This document shows, piece after piece, positions 48,233 through 58,475 of a DNA stretch of 64,000 nucleotides. This DNA is from Tagaea sp. GTDB taxonomy: Bacteria; Pseudomonadota; Alphaproteobacteria; CACIAM-22H2. A program made the position numbers and the translations under genes. Under the pieces are notes generated by a model. The model saw only the letters and a list, made by a program, of their open reading frames with translations. It was not told where the DNA came from and made no database searches. Numbering within the stretch: the first letter of the stretch is position 1; every line of letters begins with the position of its first letter. The stretch is from assembly GCA_965279525.1 (NCBI GenBank), contig CBDIIB010000005.1:800001-864000 (forward strand), given 5' to 3'.

Positions 48233-49197
48233 GATGCCGCCGCCCCGGGCGCAGCCATCGCAATCTCGGCATCGGCGAAATCGGGTGACTTCGGCAGCCC
48301 CCGCGACTTGGCGATGCCGTGTTGCCGATAGAGAGCGTAACGCATCGGATGGATCGACGGGTAGAGGTGCAGGACGCAAGCGTAGCGCACATGCCCCGGC
48401 TGCACGAACCCGCCGCGGTGCAAAATGTTGTTGCGGAATGCGATCACGGTCCCGGCTCTGCCGGTGACATGGACGGCACGCGATTTGAAGTCAGCTTCGA
48501 TCCGTCGACCATAGTAGGCGTCGCGGACGTAATTGATCCGCTCGTTCGGCGGCAGATCGGAGGGGACGTCGATCGCACCCATGCGCGTGATCGCCGATCG
48601 CTCGTCGCGAAAGATCGCAAGTGAATCCTGCCACGGCAGACACTCCATCGCGCCATTTTCGGCCGACGTATCGACTAGCGTAAACATCACGTTGATACAC
48701 GTGCCGGGTCCGCCGTCCGAGTGCCAGATCTGGGAATCGCGCCGCATATCGGCCCGTCGCTCGGATTTGTACATAAGGCCGTAGAACACCTTGCAATGCG
48801 CACTGTAGACTCGTTCAACGAACGGGACGACCGCATGGCGCAGCATCTCTTCGATCTGCGGAAACTTCGTGTAGAGCTCGCCGCCCGTGTACCGCATGTC
48901 GCTGTTCCAAAGCGCGGCCCCACGCACGGCTTCCTCGGCGCGAACGACCGCTAGCATCTCGCTCGCCAAAGCGCCCAGCGTGGGCGTCCAGAACGACGCG
49001 AAACTGCGCTCGAGAAACTCAACCGCCTTGCCTTCCAGTTCAGGTGGCAAATCGCCCGATCCGGAAAATCGCGCGCGAGCTTGCGCCAGATAGCGCGTAA
49101 ACGGTGGCGCGTCGATACGTCCCATGCGCGAGCCGTGCGTTTCGAGCGCATGCAGCCACAGATACTCGCTCACCTTGTTTCGCAGCGTTTTCAGCAT
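48229..49197 (-). CDS. PhyH-family Fe(II)/2-oxoglutarate dioxygenase
   Basis: WHSD, ENGAMECLP, GRAGTVIAF, LHRGG. Confidence 0.78.
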   Translation of the reverse strand: MLKTLRNKVSEYLWLHALETHGSRMGRIDAPPFTRYLAQARARFSGSGDLPPELEGKAVEFLERSFASFWTPTLGALASEMLAVVRAEEAVRGAALWNSDMRYTGGELYTKFPQIEEMLRHAVVPFVERVYSAHCKVFYGLMYKSERRADMRRDSQIWHSDGGPGTCINVMFTLVDTSAENGAMECLPWQDSLAIFRDERSAITRMGAIDVPSDLPPNERINYVRDAYYGRRIEADFKSRAVHVTGRAGTVIAFRNNILHRGGFVQPGHVRYACVLHLYPSIHPMRYALYRQHGIAKSRGLPKSPDFADAEIAMAAPGAAAS

Positions 49198-49205
49198 CGA
49201 TCGTC

Positions 49206-50249
49206 CTAGCTCTCGACCGGACCGTCTTCAGCCGCCGCAAGATCGTTCGGCCGGCCGACATCGATCCAGTATTCATGCAGCGGGAAAGTACCGATCTTGA
49301 GGCCCATTTCAACCGACATCGTTAACAGGTCGGGCATGTCGATCGGACGATCGCCTGGGGTCACCGCAACAGCCGACGGCGAGAAGACATAGATACCCGC
49401 GAGGATCGGGAAATGTTTCGTCGGTTTCTCGTCCACCCCTGAGAAGGCGCCGCGCAGGTCGTGCCGCACCACGCCGAACGGGATTTTGTGCTCATAGTTC
49501 GCCACGCACGCGGTCACGTCATTGGTGTGCTCGGCGTGGAATCGCGCAAGTGCAGCAAGATTGATGCTGCTCAGCACGTCGCCGTTCATGACGAGGATGT
49601 CTCCGACTTGCTGCGTCAGCAGCGCCAGGGCACCGGCGGTCCCGCGCATTTCCGGCTCGTGCAGAAGATGCGTTCGCGCCCGGCTCTGGCGCCTGCGCAG
49701 GAAATCGGCGATCTGTTCGTGCAGGTAGTGGACCGAGACGTGGATCTGCTGAATACCAGCATCCTCGATCTGGCTCAGGATGTGCTCGAGTATTGGCTTT
49801 CCGCGCACCTGTAGAAGGGGCTTGGGTGTATTGAGCGTACGGCTGCCGAGGCGGCGCCCGAAACCGCCGGCCATGACGAGGGCAGCCGCAATCGGCGACG
49901 CGGCGTCGGAAGCGACAAGTACCTCGCGTACGATTCCGGCCACGTCCAGCAGGGGCAGAAATGTGATGCCGCGCGGCCGTTCCGATGTGTCCCAGCGGTC
50001 GCCCACCTTGCCCACGACGGGATTGCTCTTCATGCACGCCGCGGCCGACGCCTCGAGACCCGCACCCGCCAGAAGTGCGCGCCGGACGTCGCCGTCGGTG
50101 ATCGTCCCGAGCAGCCGTCCCTCGACGTCGCGTACGAGGCGGAACGGATAGTGCGCGGTATTGAAGGTATGCATCACTTCGCGCAATAGCGTGTCCGGCG
50201 AAACGCTGACCACTTGGGGCGCGACGGAATGGACGATGACCGGACTCAT
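49206..50249 (-). CDS. CBS-domain sugar-1-phosphate nucleotidyltransferase (PtmE-like)
   Basis: GTITDGDVRRAL; VMAGGFGRRL, PKPLL, MNGDVL, WIDVG. Confidence 0.88.
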   Translation of the reverse strand: MSPVIVHSVAPQVVSVSPDTLLREVMHTFNTAHYPFRLVRDVEGRLLGTITDGDVRRALLAGAGLEASAAACMKSNPVVGKVGDRWDTSERPRGITFLPLLDVAGIVREVLVASDAASPIAAALVMAGGFGRRLGSRTLNTPKPLLQVRGKPILEHILSQIEDAGIQQIHVSVHYLHEQIADFLRRRQSRARTHLLHEPEMRGTAGALALLTQQVGDILVMNGDVLSSINLAALARFHAEHTNDVTACVANYEHKIPFGVVRHDLRGAFSGVDEKPTKHFPILAGIYVFSPSAVAVTPGDRPIDMPDLLTMSVEMGLKIGTFPLHEYWIDVGRPNDLAAAEDGPVES

Positions 50250-50935
50250 GCACCGGTCTCCGCCAGAAACTCGCGCACCAGCATAAAGCGCTCGGCCGCC
50301 GCCACGCCGAAACTTGCGCCGCAGACGCGTGCGTGGGCAGCCACGATGTCCGGCATGCGCGCCGTGCCCGGGGTGATTTCGCTCCTGTAGAACTCCAGAA
50401 TCTCCAGCTTCCGGCGGAGATAGGGTGCAATATCGACGCAGACAGTCGGCAGGAACTGGCGCGCCGGCACCGGCGGTGCGGCGTCCGTTTCGGACAGAAT
50501 CTCCATTGCCCAGAGCCTTTCGACGCCAAGCGGGCGCATGCGTTGCGCCTTTGCCGCTGCCGCAACGACGGCAAATGTTGCGGCATGATCGTCGTGTGCA
50601 TCGCCTGCGTGCGGCAGCAGGATGGTCTTCGGCCTGAGCGTGGCCAGTAGCTCGCGCATCCGATCGACCAATACACCCGTGTCGGCCTTGGCAAGACCCG
50701 ACGCCGGCTCGCGCCACCAATGAAAGCTATCGAAGGGATAGGCCTTGCGCACGGCTTCGATCTGGTCGGCTTGGGTCCGGACATAGGTAGCACCCCAGCG
50801 CGCCTCGGTCGCCGCCGTGACGACAAGCCAATGGATCGCTGCGCCGCTCGCTTTGGCGCGCAGCAGCGTGCCGCCGGCGCCGAGCGTTTCGTCGTCGGGA
50901 TGCGGTGCCACGACAAGGATGTCGCCAGTCATCAT
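50246..50935 (-). CDS. PIG-L family deacetylase
   Basis: APHPDDETLG, HDDH. Confidence 0.88.
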   Translation of the reverse strand: MMTGDILVVAPHPDDETLGAGGTLLRAKASGAAIHWLVVTAATEARWGATYVRTQADQIEAVRKAYPFDSFHWWREPASGLAKADTGVLVDRMRELLATLRPKTILLPHAGDAHDDHAATFAVVAAAAKAQRMRPLGVERLWAMEILSETDAAPPVPARQFLPTVCVDIAPYLRRKLEILEFYRSEITPGTARMPDIVAAHARVCGASFGVAAAERFMLVREFLAETGA

Positions 50936-51837
50936 AGGAACCACGTTCCTGGTTGAAGCGGTGCGGAAAAGCTGTGCGCACGTAGTACCACGGCGCCGTC
51001 CGCGCACGCGACGACGGGTCCCTGCAGATCGGCCGCGACGATGCGGCCAGGTTCCGCGTAGAGCGCGCCGGGCGGCCGCTGTCGCGAAGCGACACTCCAG
51101 ATCTTGCCCGCCCCGCCGACGCTGTGGATGGCATCGGCGCCCGGATACGGCTTGCCTAGGGCGCGCACCAGGCGGTCGATCGCATCCATCGACATGCGGA
51201 AATCGACGTGACCGTCGCTCGGCTCGCGCTTCCGCCAGTCAGTCGCGAGCGCGGGGTTCTGCGGAGTACCGCGCAGCCCCTGAGTGCCAACATGCGCCAG
51301 CAGTTCCGGTATTGCCGCAACACCCGCAGCGATAGCCTTCTCCATCAGGCTGCCTGCAGTCTCGTCGGGTGCGACGGTAAAATCGCGACGCGCCAAAATC
51401 TCGCCATCGTCGGCGGCTCCGCCGAGACGGAAGAAGCAGGCGGCGCTTTCTCGCAACGCAAGCAGGATCGTCCATATCAGCGGATGGCGGCCGCGACCGA
51501 CCGGCAGCGGCGAAGGGTGGAAGCCGATCCCGCCCAATCTTGCGTGGGCAAGCGCTTGCTCCGAAACCAGGCGGGACCAACCGAATACACACAGGATATC
51601 GGGCTTCGCTGCGGCCAGAATCGGCTCCAGTGCGTCGGAAGCACTGAGTTGATGGCACGTCACGCGGTACCGTGCGGCAAGAGGCACCAGATCCTCATAG
51701 TCAGCATGGCGGCCTACACCGGCTTCCGGTCGCAACGTGACCACAGCGCCAATGTCCGCCCCAGCTGCCACGAGCGCTTCGAGAAACGCGGCCGTCGAGC
51801 GGACGGCACCAACAAGTACAAGTTTCGGCTTCGCCAT
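50932..51837 (-). CDS. Sugar N-formyltransferase (FMT-like)
   Basis: GFHPSPLPVGRG, DDGEI, C-terminal FMT domain (RLVRAL..PYPGA). Confidence 0.85.
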   Translation of the reverse strand: MAKPKLVLVGAVRSTAAFLEALVAAGADIGAVVTLRPEAGVGRHADYEDLVPLAARYRVTCHQLSASDALEPILAAAKPDILCVFGWSRLVSEQALAHARLGGIGFHPSPLPVGRGRHPLIWTILLALRESAACFFRLGGAADDGEILARRDFTVAPDETAGSLMEKAIAAGVAAIPELLAHVGTQGLRGTPQNPALATDWRKREPSDGHVDFRMSMDAIDRLVRALGKPYPGADAIHSVGGAGKIWSVASRQRPPGALYAEPGRIVAADLQGPVVACADGAVVLRAHSFSAPLQPGTWFL

Positions 51838-52718
51838 CACGCGGTAACGCCGACCATGCGATCGACATCCGAAAACCAAACTCCGGGCGTTGCACAGGCC
51901 GCAGCGATCGCGGCGGCGAAACGGCCGGGTTCCCGGGCGACTTCCTCCGCCAGTCGGTCGGCACCGCTCCCATAGGCGCGAAGCGCCGCATGATCGGGAA
52001 ATGCGCGCGCTTGCGCCGCAACCATGCGACAGCGGCGCGCGAAGGCCAATGGATCAGGGTCGGTCAGCGCGCCAAGCACGGCATCGCGGCGGTGGCGATA
52101 CTGTGTCACCGGTCGCGCCGTCCTGGCAGCGACGAATCCGGCATCGAGAAGCGACGTGAAAAGCCACCAGTCGAAGGCCATAACGTCCGCACTCGGCAAC
52201 GTGCGATCGAATGCTCCCAGCGGAGCTGCCGCAAGGGCCGTATTCGTAAGCCCCATGAAATTGACGCGCGCCAGAACCGACGGACCTTCGACGCGCGCCG
52301 GAACTTCCGTCCCGGAGAAGAAAAGACGCCTCAAGGCCGCCCCGTCTTCGTCGATGACGGCCATATCACCGAATGAAATGTCGGCATCAACAAGCGTGCC
52401 GCAATGGCTGTCAAGCGCGTCGGGCGACGGCACGTCGTCGGCATCGACCAGAACCACCGCATCGGGGTCGCGCGCACGCGCGGCGCGCAACATCGCGATG
52501 CGAATTGCCGACGGCGTGCCACTAGCCGCAAAAAACCGGACACCCTGTCCGGCTCCGAGGGCTGGCATGGCGGCACGCGCGGATTCCTCGTCGATCCCGT
52601 CAAGTGCCACGACAGCCTCGCGGCCCGGCTCCGACAAGAGTTGCGCGAGAGCCACGCCGAACGCCACGAGCCATTGCGGACGCATGGGATACAATGTCGT
52701 CGCAACCACGATCGTCAC
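51837..52718 (-). CDS. GT2-like glycosyltransferase
   Basis: LVDADD, FDWWL, QYR; TGATG coupling. Confidence 0.65.
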   Translation of the reverse strand: MTIVVATTLYPMRPQWLVAFGVALAQLLSEPGREAVVALDGIDEESARAAMPALGAGQGVRFFAASGTPSAIRIAMLRAARARDPDAVVLVDADDVPSPDALDSHCGTLVDADISFGDMAVIDEDGAALRRLFFSGTEVPARVEGPSVLARVNFMGLTNTALAAAPLGAFDRTLPSADVMAFDWWLFTSLLDAGFVAARTARPVTQYRHRRDAVLGALTDPDPLAFARRCRMVAAQARAFPDHAALRAYGSGADRLAEEVAREPGRFAAAIAAACATPGVWFSDVDRMVGVTA

Positions 52719-52731
52719 GAGCGTTGACTCT

Positions 52732-53769
52732 TTATTCCGGAGCTAGGTCCGACAAGCTCAGGCGCGTATCAGCTTGGATGGCACGGGCGGCACGGCGACC
52801 GACCACGAGGTCGATCAGCGAAGGATCAATACCCGTTCCCGGGCGGCGGAGATCGAGATCCTCAGGGGCGATGATCTGGCCCGCCTGAATGTCGCGTGCC
52901 GAAACGACCGAGCGGCGATACTCGGCGCTGCGCGAGAGTTCGCGCGCCGACGGGCGCCGGCGCGAAGTGCCCAAGGCAGGATAGATGCGGTCGCGGCTAC
53001 GCATGATCGCCTTCATCTCCTGCGGATCGGCCGACATATGATGGTCCCAGCCGAACATTGCCTTGTCGAGCGTGAAATGCTTTTCGAGGATGACGGCGCG
53101 CTTCGCGATCGATGCCACCGCGATTTCCACGCCCAGCGTATGGTCCGAAAAGCCCACCGGGTAGCCGAAGGTGGCGCGCAGCATGTCCATGTTGTCGAGA
53201 TTCACCTCGTCGTCGTTCGGTGGATACAGCGACACGCAGTGCAGCAGCACGATGTTCGAGCTTCCGGTCGCTTCGACCCAGCCGACGGCCCGGTCGATTT
53301 CGGCTAACGTGCCGAATCCCGTCGACAGCACGATCGTACGCCCGGTTTCGCCGGCCGCCTTGAGCAGGCGCTGGTTGTTCAGGTCCATGGACGCAATCTT
53401 GATGTAAGGCGGGTCGAGTGCGACGAGCTCGTGGAGCTGCGAAACGGAGAATGGCGTCGACGAGAAGGCGATGCCGACCTGCTTGCAGTAGGCGTTGAGC
53501 TCGCCGAGGCTTGCCGGGCTCAATGCGAACTTCTCCATGATCTCCTTGAGCGTGAAATCCTTGCGCTTACGGTAGTCGTCGCCGAGAAAGAAGTTCTTCT
53601 CATAGACCTCCTTGGCGAACAGCGTCGTGTCCCACGACTGGAACTTGACCGCATCGCACCCCAGCGCCTTGGCAGCATCGATCATCTGGCGGGCCAACGA
53701 CATCTCGCCGTTGTGGTTGGCGCCGATTTCGGCGATCACATAGGTCGGTCGGTCCGCTTCAAAGCGCAT
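52732..53769 (-). CDS. neuB: Nonulosonic acid synthase (NeuB/LegI/PseI family) with SAF domain
   Basis: IAEIGANHNG, VKFQ, STPF, KIASMD, HCVSLYP, GFSDHT, EKHFTLD. Confidence 0.92.
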   Translation of the reverse strand: MRFEADRPTYVIAEIGANHNGEMSLARQMIDAAKALGCDAVKFQSWDTTLFAKEVYEKNFFLGDDYRKRKDFTLKEIMEKFALSPASLGELNAYCKQVGIAFSSTPFSVSQLHELVALDPPYIKIASMDLNNQRLLKAAGETGRTIVLSTGFGTLAEIDRAVGWVEATGSSNIVLLHCVSLYPPNDDEVNLDNMDMLRATFGYPVGFSDHTLGVEIAVASIAKRAVILEKHFTLDKAMFGWDHHMSADPQEMKAIMRSRDRIYPALGTSRRRPSARELSRSAEYRRSVVSARDIQAGQIIAPEDLDLRRPGTGIDPSLIDLVVGRRAARAIQADTRLSLSDLAPE

Positions 53770-54364
53770 GGCTGTTGGATTCCTTGCTCGAAAGTTGAAA
53801 GATATCACCCGCGCGCGCAATCGTGCCCGCGGGAACCTCGGCACCGGGCAGTACGATCGCCCGGGTTCCGACGATCGCGAAGGCGCCGACGCGGCAGCCG
53901 CCGAGGACGACGGCGCCGGGCCCGATATGCGCACCCTCCTCCACCATGCAGTCGTGTTCGACGATCGCGCCAGTATTGACGATGACGCCGCGACCCAACT
54001 GCGTGTTCGGCTGTACGACCGCACCCGCCAGCACCATTGCGCCGGGCCCCAGCACGGCCGAGGGACTCACGATTGCCGTCGGATGGATGACCCCGGGCGC
54101 GATCGCTCCGCGGCCGAGATAGGCATCCAAAACCGCGACGCGGCGGCGTAGCTGTGCGACCGTAAGGCCGCCCATCCCGAGCACAAGATTGCCGGCTGTC
54201 GGGTCCGCGTCGGCGTCGGTCGCGATGCGCCGTGCGTCCGGCAGCCAGACGGCAGGCTGTGGATCAACATAGGCAGCGATCCTTTCGCCGCGGGCAATCA
54301 GCCCTTCGACGACGGCCTTCGCATGTCCGCCCGCACCGATCAGGATCCAGTCCCGCGCGGTCAT
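53759..54364 (-). CDS. neuD: NeuD/PglD-type hexapeptide acetyltransferase
   Basis: IGAGGHA, IHPTAIVS, NTGAIVEHDC. Confidence 0.85.
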   Translation of the reverse strand: MTARDWILIGAGGHAKAVVEGLIARGERIAAYVDPQPAVWLPDARRIATDADADPTAGNLVLGMGGLTVAQLRRRVAVLDAYLGRGAIAPGVIHPTAIVSPSAVLGPGAMVLAGAVVQPNTQLGRGVIVNTGAIVEHDCMVEEGAHIGPGAVVLGGCRVGAFAIVGTRAIVLPGAEVPAGTIARAGDIFQLSSKESNSHAL

Positions 54365-55473
54365 GGCAGAGCCGCGAGCACGTCTTCGATCACGCGTGTC
54401 TGCTCGTCCGACGCAAGGAAGCTCGAGCAGGGCAACGAAACCACCCGCCCCGACAGGTCGTCTGCAACTCCGCGCGCGAAACGCTCGGCCCCGCTGTAGG
54501 GCGCCTGACGCGACAGGCTGCGCCAGAACCGGCGCGCGCCGATCTTCCGTGCGGCCAGGCGACGCACCACCCGATCAGCCAGGGCGGCATCCGCAAACGC
54601 GACTGAATAGAGCCAGCACGAGCTTTCCGCCCATGCCAAGCGCGGCATGAGGCCGACATCTTCGCGGGTGGAGAATGCCGCATCGTAACGCGCGGCGATC
54701 CCGCGGCGCGCGGCAACCATCTCGTCCAGACGCTCAAACTGAGCCAGTCCGATCGCGGCATTCACGTTCGTCATGCGGTAGTTGAAGCCAACCGCATCGT
54801 GCTCGTATTCCTCACCGGGACGCGCCTGCGTGCTCAGATGGCGCGCGCGCGCCAGAATAGGTGCCGAGTCGGAGAGCAGCATGCCACCTCCCCCCGCCGT
54901 GATCACCTTGTTGCCGTTGAAACTGATCGTGCCGATGTCGGCAAGCCCGCCCGCCGGCCGACCCTTGTAGCGCGCCCCGAGCGCGCCTGCCGCGTCCTCG
55001 ATCAACAGGATGTCGTGTCCGGCGACCGCAGCACGGATAGTATCCCAGTCGGCCGGATGCCCGAGCACGTCGACCGCGATCACGGCTTTGGGCGCGATCC
55101 TTTTCGCGGCGAGCAGTTCGGCAAGCATCCCCGCGTCGAGGCACCAGGACTCCGGATCGATATCGACGAACACCGGTACGGCGCCGGCATGCAGAACTGC
55201 ATTCGCCGTCGCGGCGAAGGTCCAGTCGGGCAGCACCACCTGATCGCCGGGGCGAATACCGCCGCTCAGCAATGCAAGATGCAGGGCCGCCGTGCCGTTG
55301 ACAGCCGCGACCGCATGGGCCTGACGCACATACGCCGCAAGCCGGTTCTCCAGTTCTGTGACGAACGGTCCGGCCGACGAGACCCAATTGTCTTCGACGC
55401 AACGGCGCAGATACTCGATCTCGCGGCCGCGCAGGTCCGGGACCGAAAGCGGAATGAATCCGTCGTTGCTCAC
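54361..55473 (-). CDS. legC: DegT-family aminotransferase (LegC-like)
   Basis: IPLSVP, WVSSAG, NGTAALH, TFAATANA, SFNGNKVITAGGGG, GFNYR. Confidence 0.8.
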   Translation of the reverse strand: MSNDGFIPLSVPDLRGREIEYLRRCVEDNWVSSAGPFVTELENRLAAYVRQAHAVAAVNGTAALHLALLSGGIRPGDQVVLPDWTFAATANAVLHAGAVPVFVDIDPESWCLDAGMLAELLAAKRIAPKAVIAVDVLGHPADWDTIRAAVAGHDILLIEDAAGALGARYKGRPAGGLADIGTISFNGNKVITAGGGGMLLSDSAPILARARHLSTQARPGEEYEHDAVGFNYRMTNVNAAIGLAQFERLDEMVAARRGIAARYDAAFSTREDVGLMPRLAWAESSCWLYSVAFADAALADRVVRRLAARKIGARRFWRSLSRQAPYSGAERFARGVADDLSGRVVSLPCSSFLASDEQTRVIEDVLAALP

Positions 55474-56162
55474 TTCTTGCCTTCCAGATAAGTCAGCACG
55501 TCGTTCATCTTGAAAACCTGCCCCTCGACAAACAGCGCGTCGAAAATGCCGCGCATGAATACAACGTCGGCCGGCTCGTCGACGGTCCAACCGTGCCGGC
55601 TGAGATCGACGCCGTTCTCGATCGACACGACCCGGAACTGCGTGGGGTGGTCGCGCAGATAGAGCGCAAACAGCTCGCGTTCTTCGGCGCGGATCAGGTT
55701 TTCATGGCACCAGCGCGTGGCGCGGCGTGACACGACGTCGGCCGACAGGCCCAGCGGATAGCTCCACTTCACCCGGTTCGACACGAAATCGCCGTCGGTT
55801 GCCACAGCCGTGCGCACCATCCGGTCGAGAAGGTCTGGATCGATCAGAGGGCAATCGCCGCCGACCTTGAGGAGAAAATCAGTATCCGTGAGATCGAAGA
55901 CCTTGGCGATGCGAGCCGCGAGATCGTCTTCCACCGGTTCGCGAACCGCCGGAACGCCCTGCGTTGCTGCATAGGCCACCATCGGATCGTTCCGCGGATC
56001 GGCGGTCGTCGCAAGCACGATCGTCTCAAGCCCCGGCACGCGCCGCAGGCGGTCGATCAGGTGCCAAAGCATCGGCTTACCGCCGAATTCGAGCATTACC
56101 TTTCCCGGTACGCGGCTCGATCCCATGCGCGCCTGGATCGCGCCTGCAACGCGGGCGTTCAT
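55470..56162 (-). CDS. SpsF-type cytidylyltransferase
   Basis: IQARMGSSRVPGKV, GDCPLIDP, TVDEPAD. Confidence 0.85.
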   Translation of the reverse strand: MNARVAGAIQARMGSSRVPGKVMLEFGGKPMLWHLIDRLRRVPGLETIVLATTADPRNDPMVAYAATQGVPAVREPVEDDLAARIAKVFDLTDTDFLLKVGGDCPLIDPDLLDRMVRTAVATDGDFVSNRVKWSYPLGLSADVVSRRATRWCHENLIRAEERELFALYLRDHPTQFRVVSIENGVDLSRHGWTVDEPADVVFMRGIFDALFVEGQVFKMNDVLTYLEGKK

Positions 56163-57151
56163 GCGGCCAACTCGAGCACGGCTCGCGCCAGTCGGTCGAC
56201 GCTGCCATGCAGCGCGGCGGCCAGGTCGTCACGCCCGCTGCTGCGCGGGTGCTCCATTGCCGTTGCCAGCGCGGCTTCGCTGTCGACGCGGTCGATGAAG
56301 CCGTGGCGGCTGAGCGGACACTGGTCGGGGCCGATCGCCCCCGGCTGCACGCTGACAACCGCGCGCCCCGCAAGGAACGCGTCGATCATCGGCGAAGAGA
56401 ACATGCCCAGCACCGTTCCGACCCGATCGAGCAGCCCGCGCTCGAACGGCATCAAGATCGCGCCGGCCAGCAGCGCCGGCTCCGGGCGCTTCTGAACCGG
56501 ATGCGCGGAATACAGGAGTTCGGCGAAAAGGTCAGGACGCCGGGCGCGCAGATTCGTCACAAGGCGCCAGCTCTCGTCTTCGGTGTAGCCAAGCGTGCGG
56601 CCGTAGCCGTCCGACACCGGCGCGCTCAGGTAAAGCACGCTGTCTCTGCGCGCCGGCGGCATCGGCGTGACGAATTCCCAACTCGGCTGGCCGACGACGG
56701 CGAACCGGTCAACCGGCAGCCCCGCCTCAGCAGCTTCGCGCACGGCATTGGCATCGATCACGAATATGCGCTCACCCACCACCAGGCCCTCCGGCCCTTC
56801 GAAGCGGCGGCGATAGTTTGTCCAGGTGTCGATGAACTGTGCACGCGGGTGCCCGGCAGCGGCTTCCATCGCAGCGAATTCGAGTGGATGGCCGGCCGCC
56901 GACACTACGAACGCGTCGGGCATCCATCCGGCCTGCGCCAGCCGCCCGTATGCTGCCGCAAACCCTGCCGCCGTATTCTCTGTCACAAGGCGCGCAAGTC
57001 CCGGCGCCAGCTTGCGCACGCATTCTTCGGCGTAGGGGCCAACGATCAAGCGCCAGTCGATCTCGGCGCCTGCCCGCTGCCAGTGCGAAAGCAAAGGCAC
57101 CACGAAAGCCGCCGCATTCGTTTCGACGGCGACGAAGATGACGCGCTTCAC
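56159..57151 (-). CDS. Hypothetical GT-B-like protein
   Basis: Coupled on both sides; DTWTNY, VGQP, AHP, GMFSSPMIDAFLAG. Confidence 0.62.
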   Translation of the reverse strand: MKRVIFVAVETNAAAFVVPLLSHWQRAGAEIDWRLIVGPYAEECVRKLAPGLARLVTENTAAGFAAAYGRLAQAGWMPDAFVVSAAGHPLEFAAMEAAAGHPRAQFIDTWTNYRRRFEGPEGLVVGERIFVIDANAVREAAEAGLPVDRFAVVGQPSWEFVTPMPPARRDSVLYLSAPVSDGYGRTLGYTEDESWRLVTNLRARRPDLFAELLYSAHPVQKRPEPALLAGAILMPFERGLLDRVGTVLGMFSSPMIDAFLAGRAVVSVQPGAIGPDQCPLSRHGFIDRVDSEAALATAMEHPRSSGRDDLAAALHGSVDRLARAVLELAA

Positions 57152-58470
57152 GAGGCCGCGCGTTCCGTTGCTGAGGGTTCGCTGCGAGAACCCAACAGGG
57201 CCTGGCGCTGGTCAAGGACCTTGCGGCAGGCGGCCGCGAACAGATCCATGTCTTCCTCGGTCTGCGGAGGCTGCATGATGTAAGTCAGCACGAAGTCGCG
57301 GCCGGCAAGCCGCTCGCAGACCGGATAGGAGGACGGGTCGTAGCCCAGCAGATCCGGCCGGGCGTTTGCCGTGAAGGGAAAGCCGTTGGCTCCGAAAGCG
57401 ATGCGGCTGCGGTAGACCGGCTCGCGATACATCGGCTTCAGATAGCCGGCCCGGATGGCCGCACCCTCGGCAGCCATCGCCTCGACGAAGAGGTTGCGCG
57501 GCAGGCCGGTCTCTCGTTCGTCGTAGAGGATTGGAAACATATAGTAGACGTGGCGGCCACCCGCGCGAACCACCGGCGGGCGGAGACCCGGCAGGTCTCG
57601 GAGACCCAACGCCAGACGGTTGGCAAGGCGAATCCGCTCCTCATTGAGCGCACCCAGCTTCTTGAACTGCTCAAAAGCGACCGCCGCCTCCATTTCGGTC
57701 ATGCGCAGATTGAGGCCGACGGTATTGACCAAATCCTCCACGCCCATCGCCTCGACGACAGCCTCGCCGTGGTTACGCAGCAGCGCCGCCTTGAGCGCGA
57801 TCTTGTCGCTGTTCGTGACCAAGACGCCGCCTTCGCCGGACTGCACCACCTTGTGCCGATTGAAGCTGAAAATTCCTGCATCGCCGATCGTGCCCGTATA
57901 TCGGCCATCGTGGCGGCCGTCCGGGGCCTGGGCATTGTCCTCCACCAGGAAAAGGCCGTGCCGATCTGCGATCGCGCGCAACTCGGTCAGGCGACAGGGA
58001 TGGCCAAAAATATTGACGGCAAAGATACCCTTGGTGCGGGGTGTGATCTTCGCTTCGACAGCGCGCGGATCGAGACCGAAGGTTTCGTCCTCGATGTCCG
58101 CGAAAATCGGAACCGCACCCGTGAACAGGATGGCCGAGGCCGTGGCGCTCATCGTCCAGGGCGAGGTGATCACCTCGTCGCCGGGTCCGATGCCCATCGC
58201 CGACGCCGCCGCGTGCAACGCCGAGGTCGCCGAATTGAATCCGAGCGCATGGCGCACGCCATAATGGCTACAGAATTTCTTTTCTAGGGCGCGCACGCGC
58301 GGGCCACCGTAGAACGCGTCGCCGGGCGATGCGATGAAGCCCGACAGCTCGCCGCTGTCGAGCACGGCCATGACCGCGTCCTTTTCCTCTTTGCCGATCG
58401 AGCGATTGAACTGGAAGGGCTTGCGGATAAGGGGCGTGCCGCCCAGGAGTGCCAGGCTTTCAGACGACAT
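57148..58470 (-). CDS. DegT-family aminotransferase
   Basis: NSATSALH, EDNAQA, FSFNRHK, SGEGG, GLNLRM. Confidence 0.9.
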   Translation of the reverse strand: MSSESLALLGGTPLIRKPFQFNRSIGKEEKDAVMAVLDSGELSGFIASPGDAFYGGPRVRALEKKFCSHYGVRHALGFNSATSALHAAASAMGIGPGDEVITSPWTMSATASAILFTGAVPIFADIEDETFGLDPRAVEAKITPRTKGIFAVNIFGHPCRLTELRAIADRHGLFLVEDNAQAPDGRHDGRYTGTIGDAGIFSFNRHKVVQSGEGGVLVTNSDKIALKAALLRNHGEAVVEAMGVEDLVNTVGLNLRMTEMEAAVAFEQFKKLGALNEERIRLANRLALGLRDLPGLRPPVVRAGGRHVYYMFPILYDERETGLPRNLFVEAMAAEGAAIRAGYLKPMYREPVYRSRIAFGANGFPFTANARPDLLGYDPSSYPVCERLAGRDFVLTYIMQPPQTEEDMDLFAAACRKVLDQRQALLGSRSEPSATERAAS

Positions 58471-58475
58471 TGATC

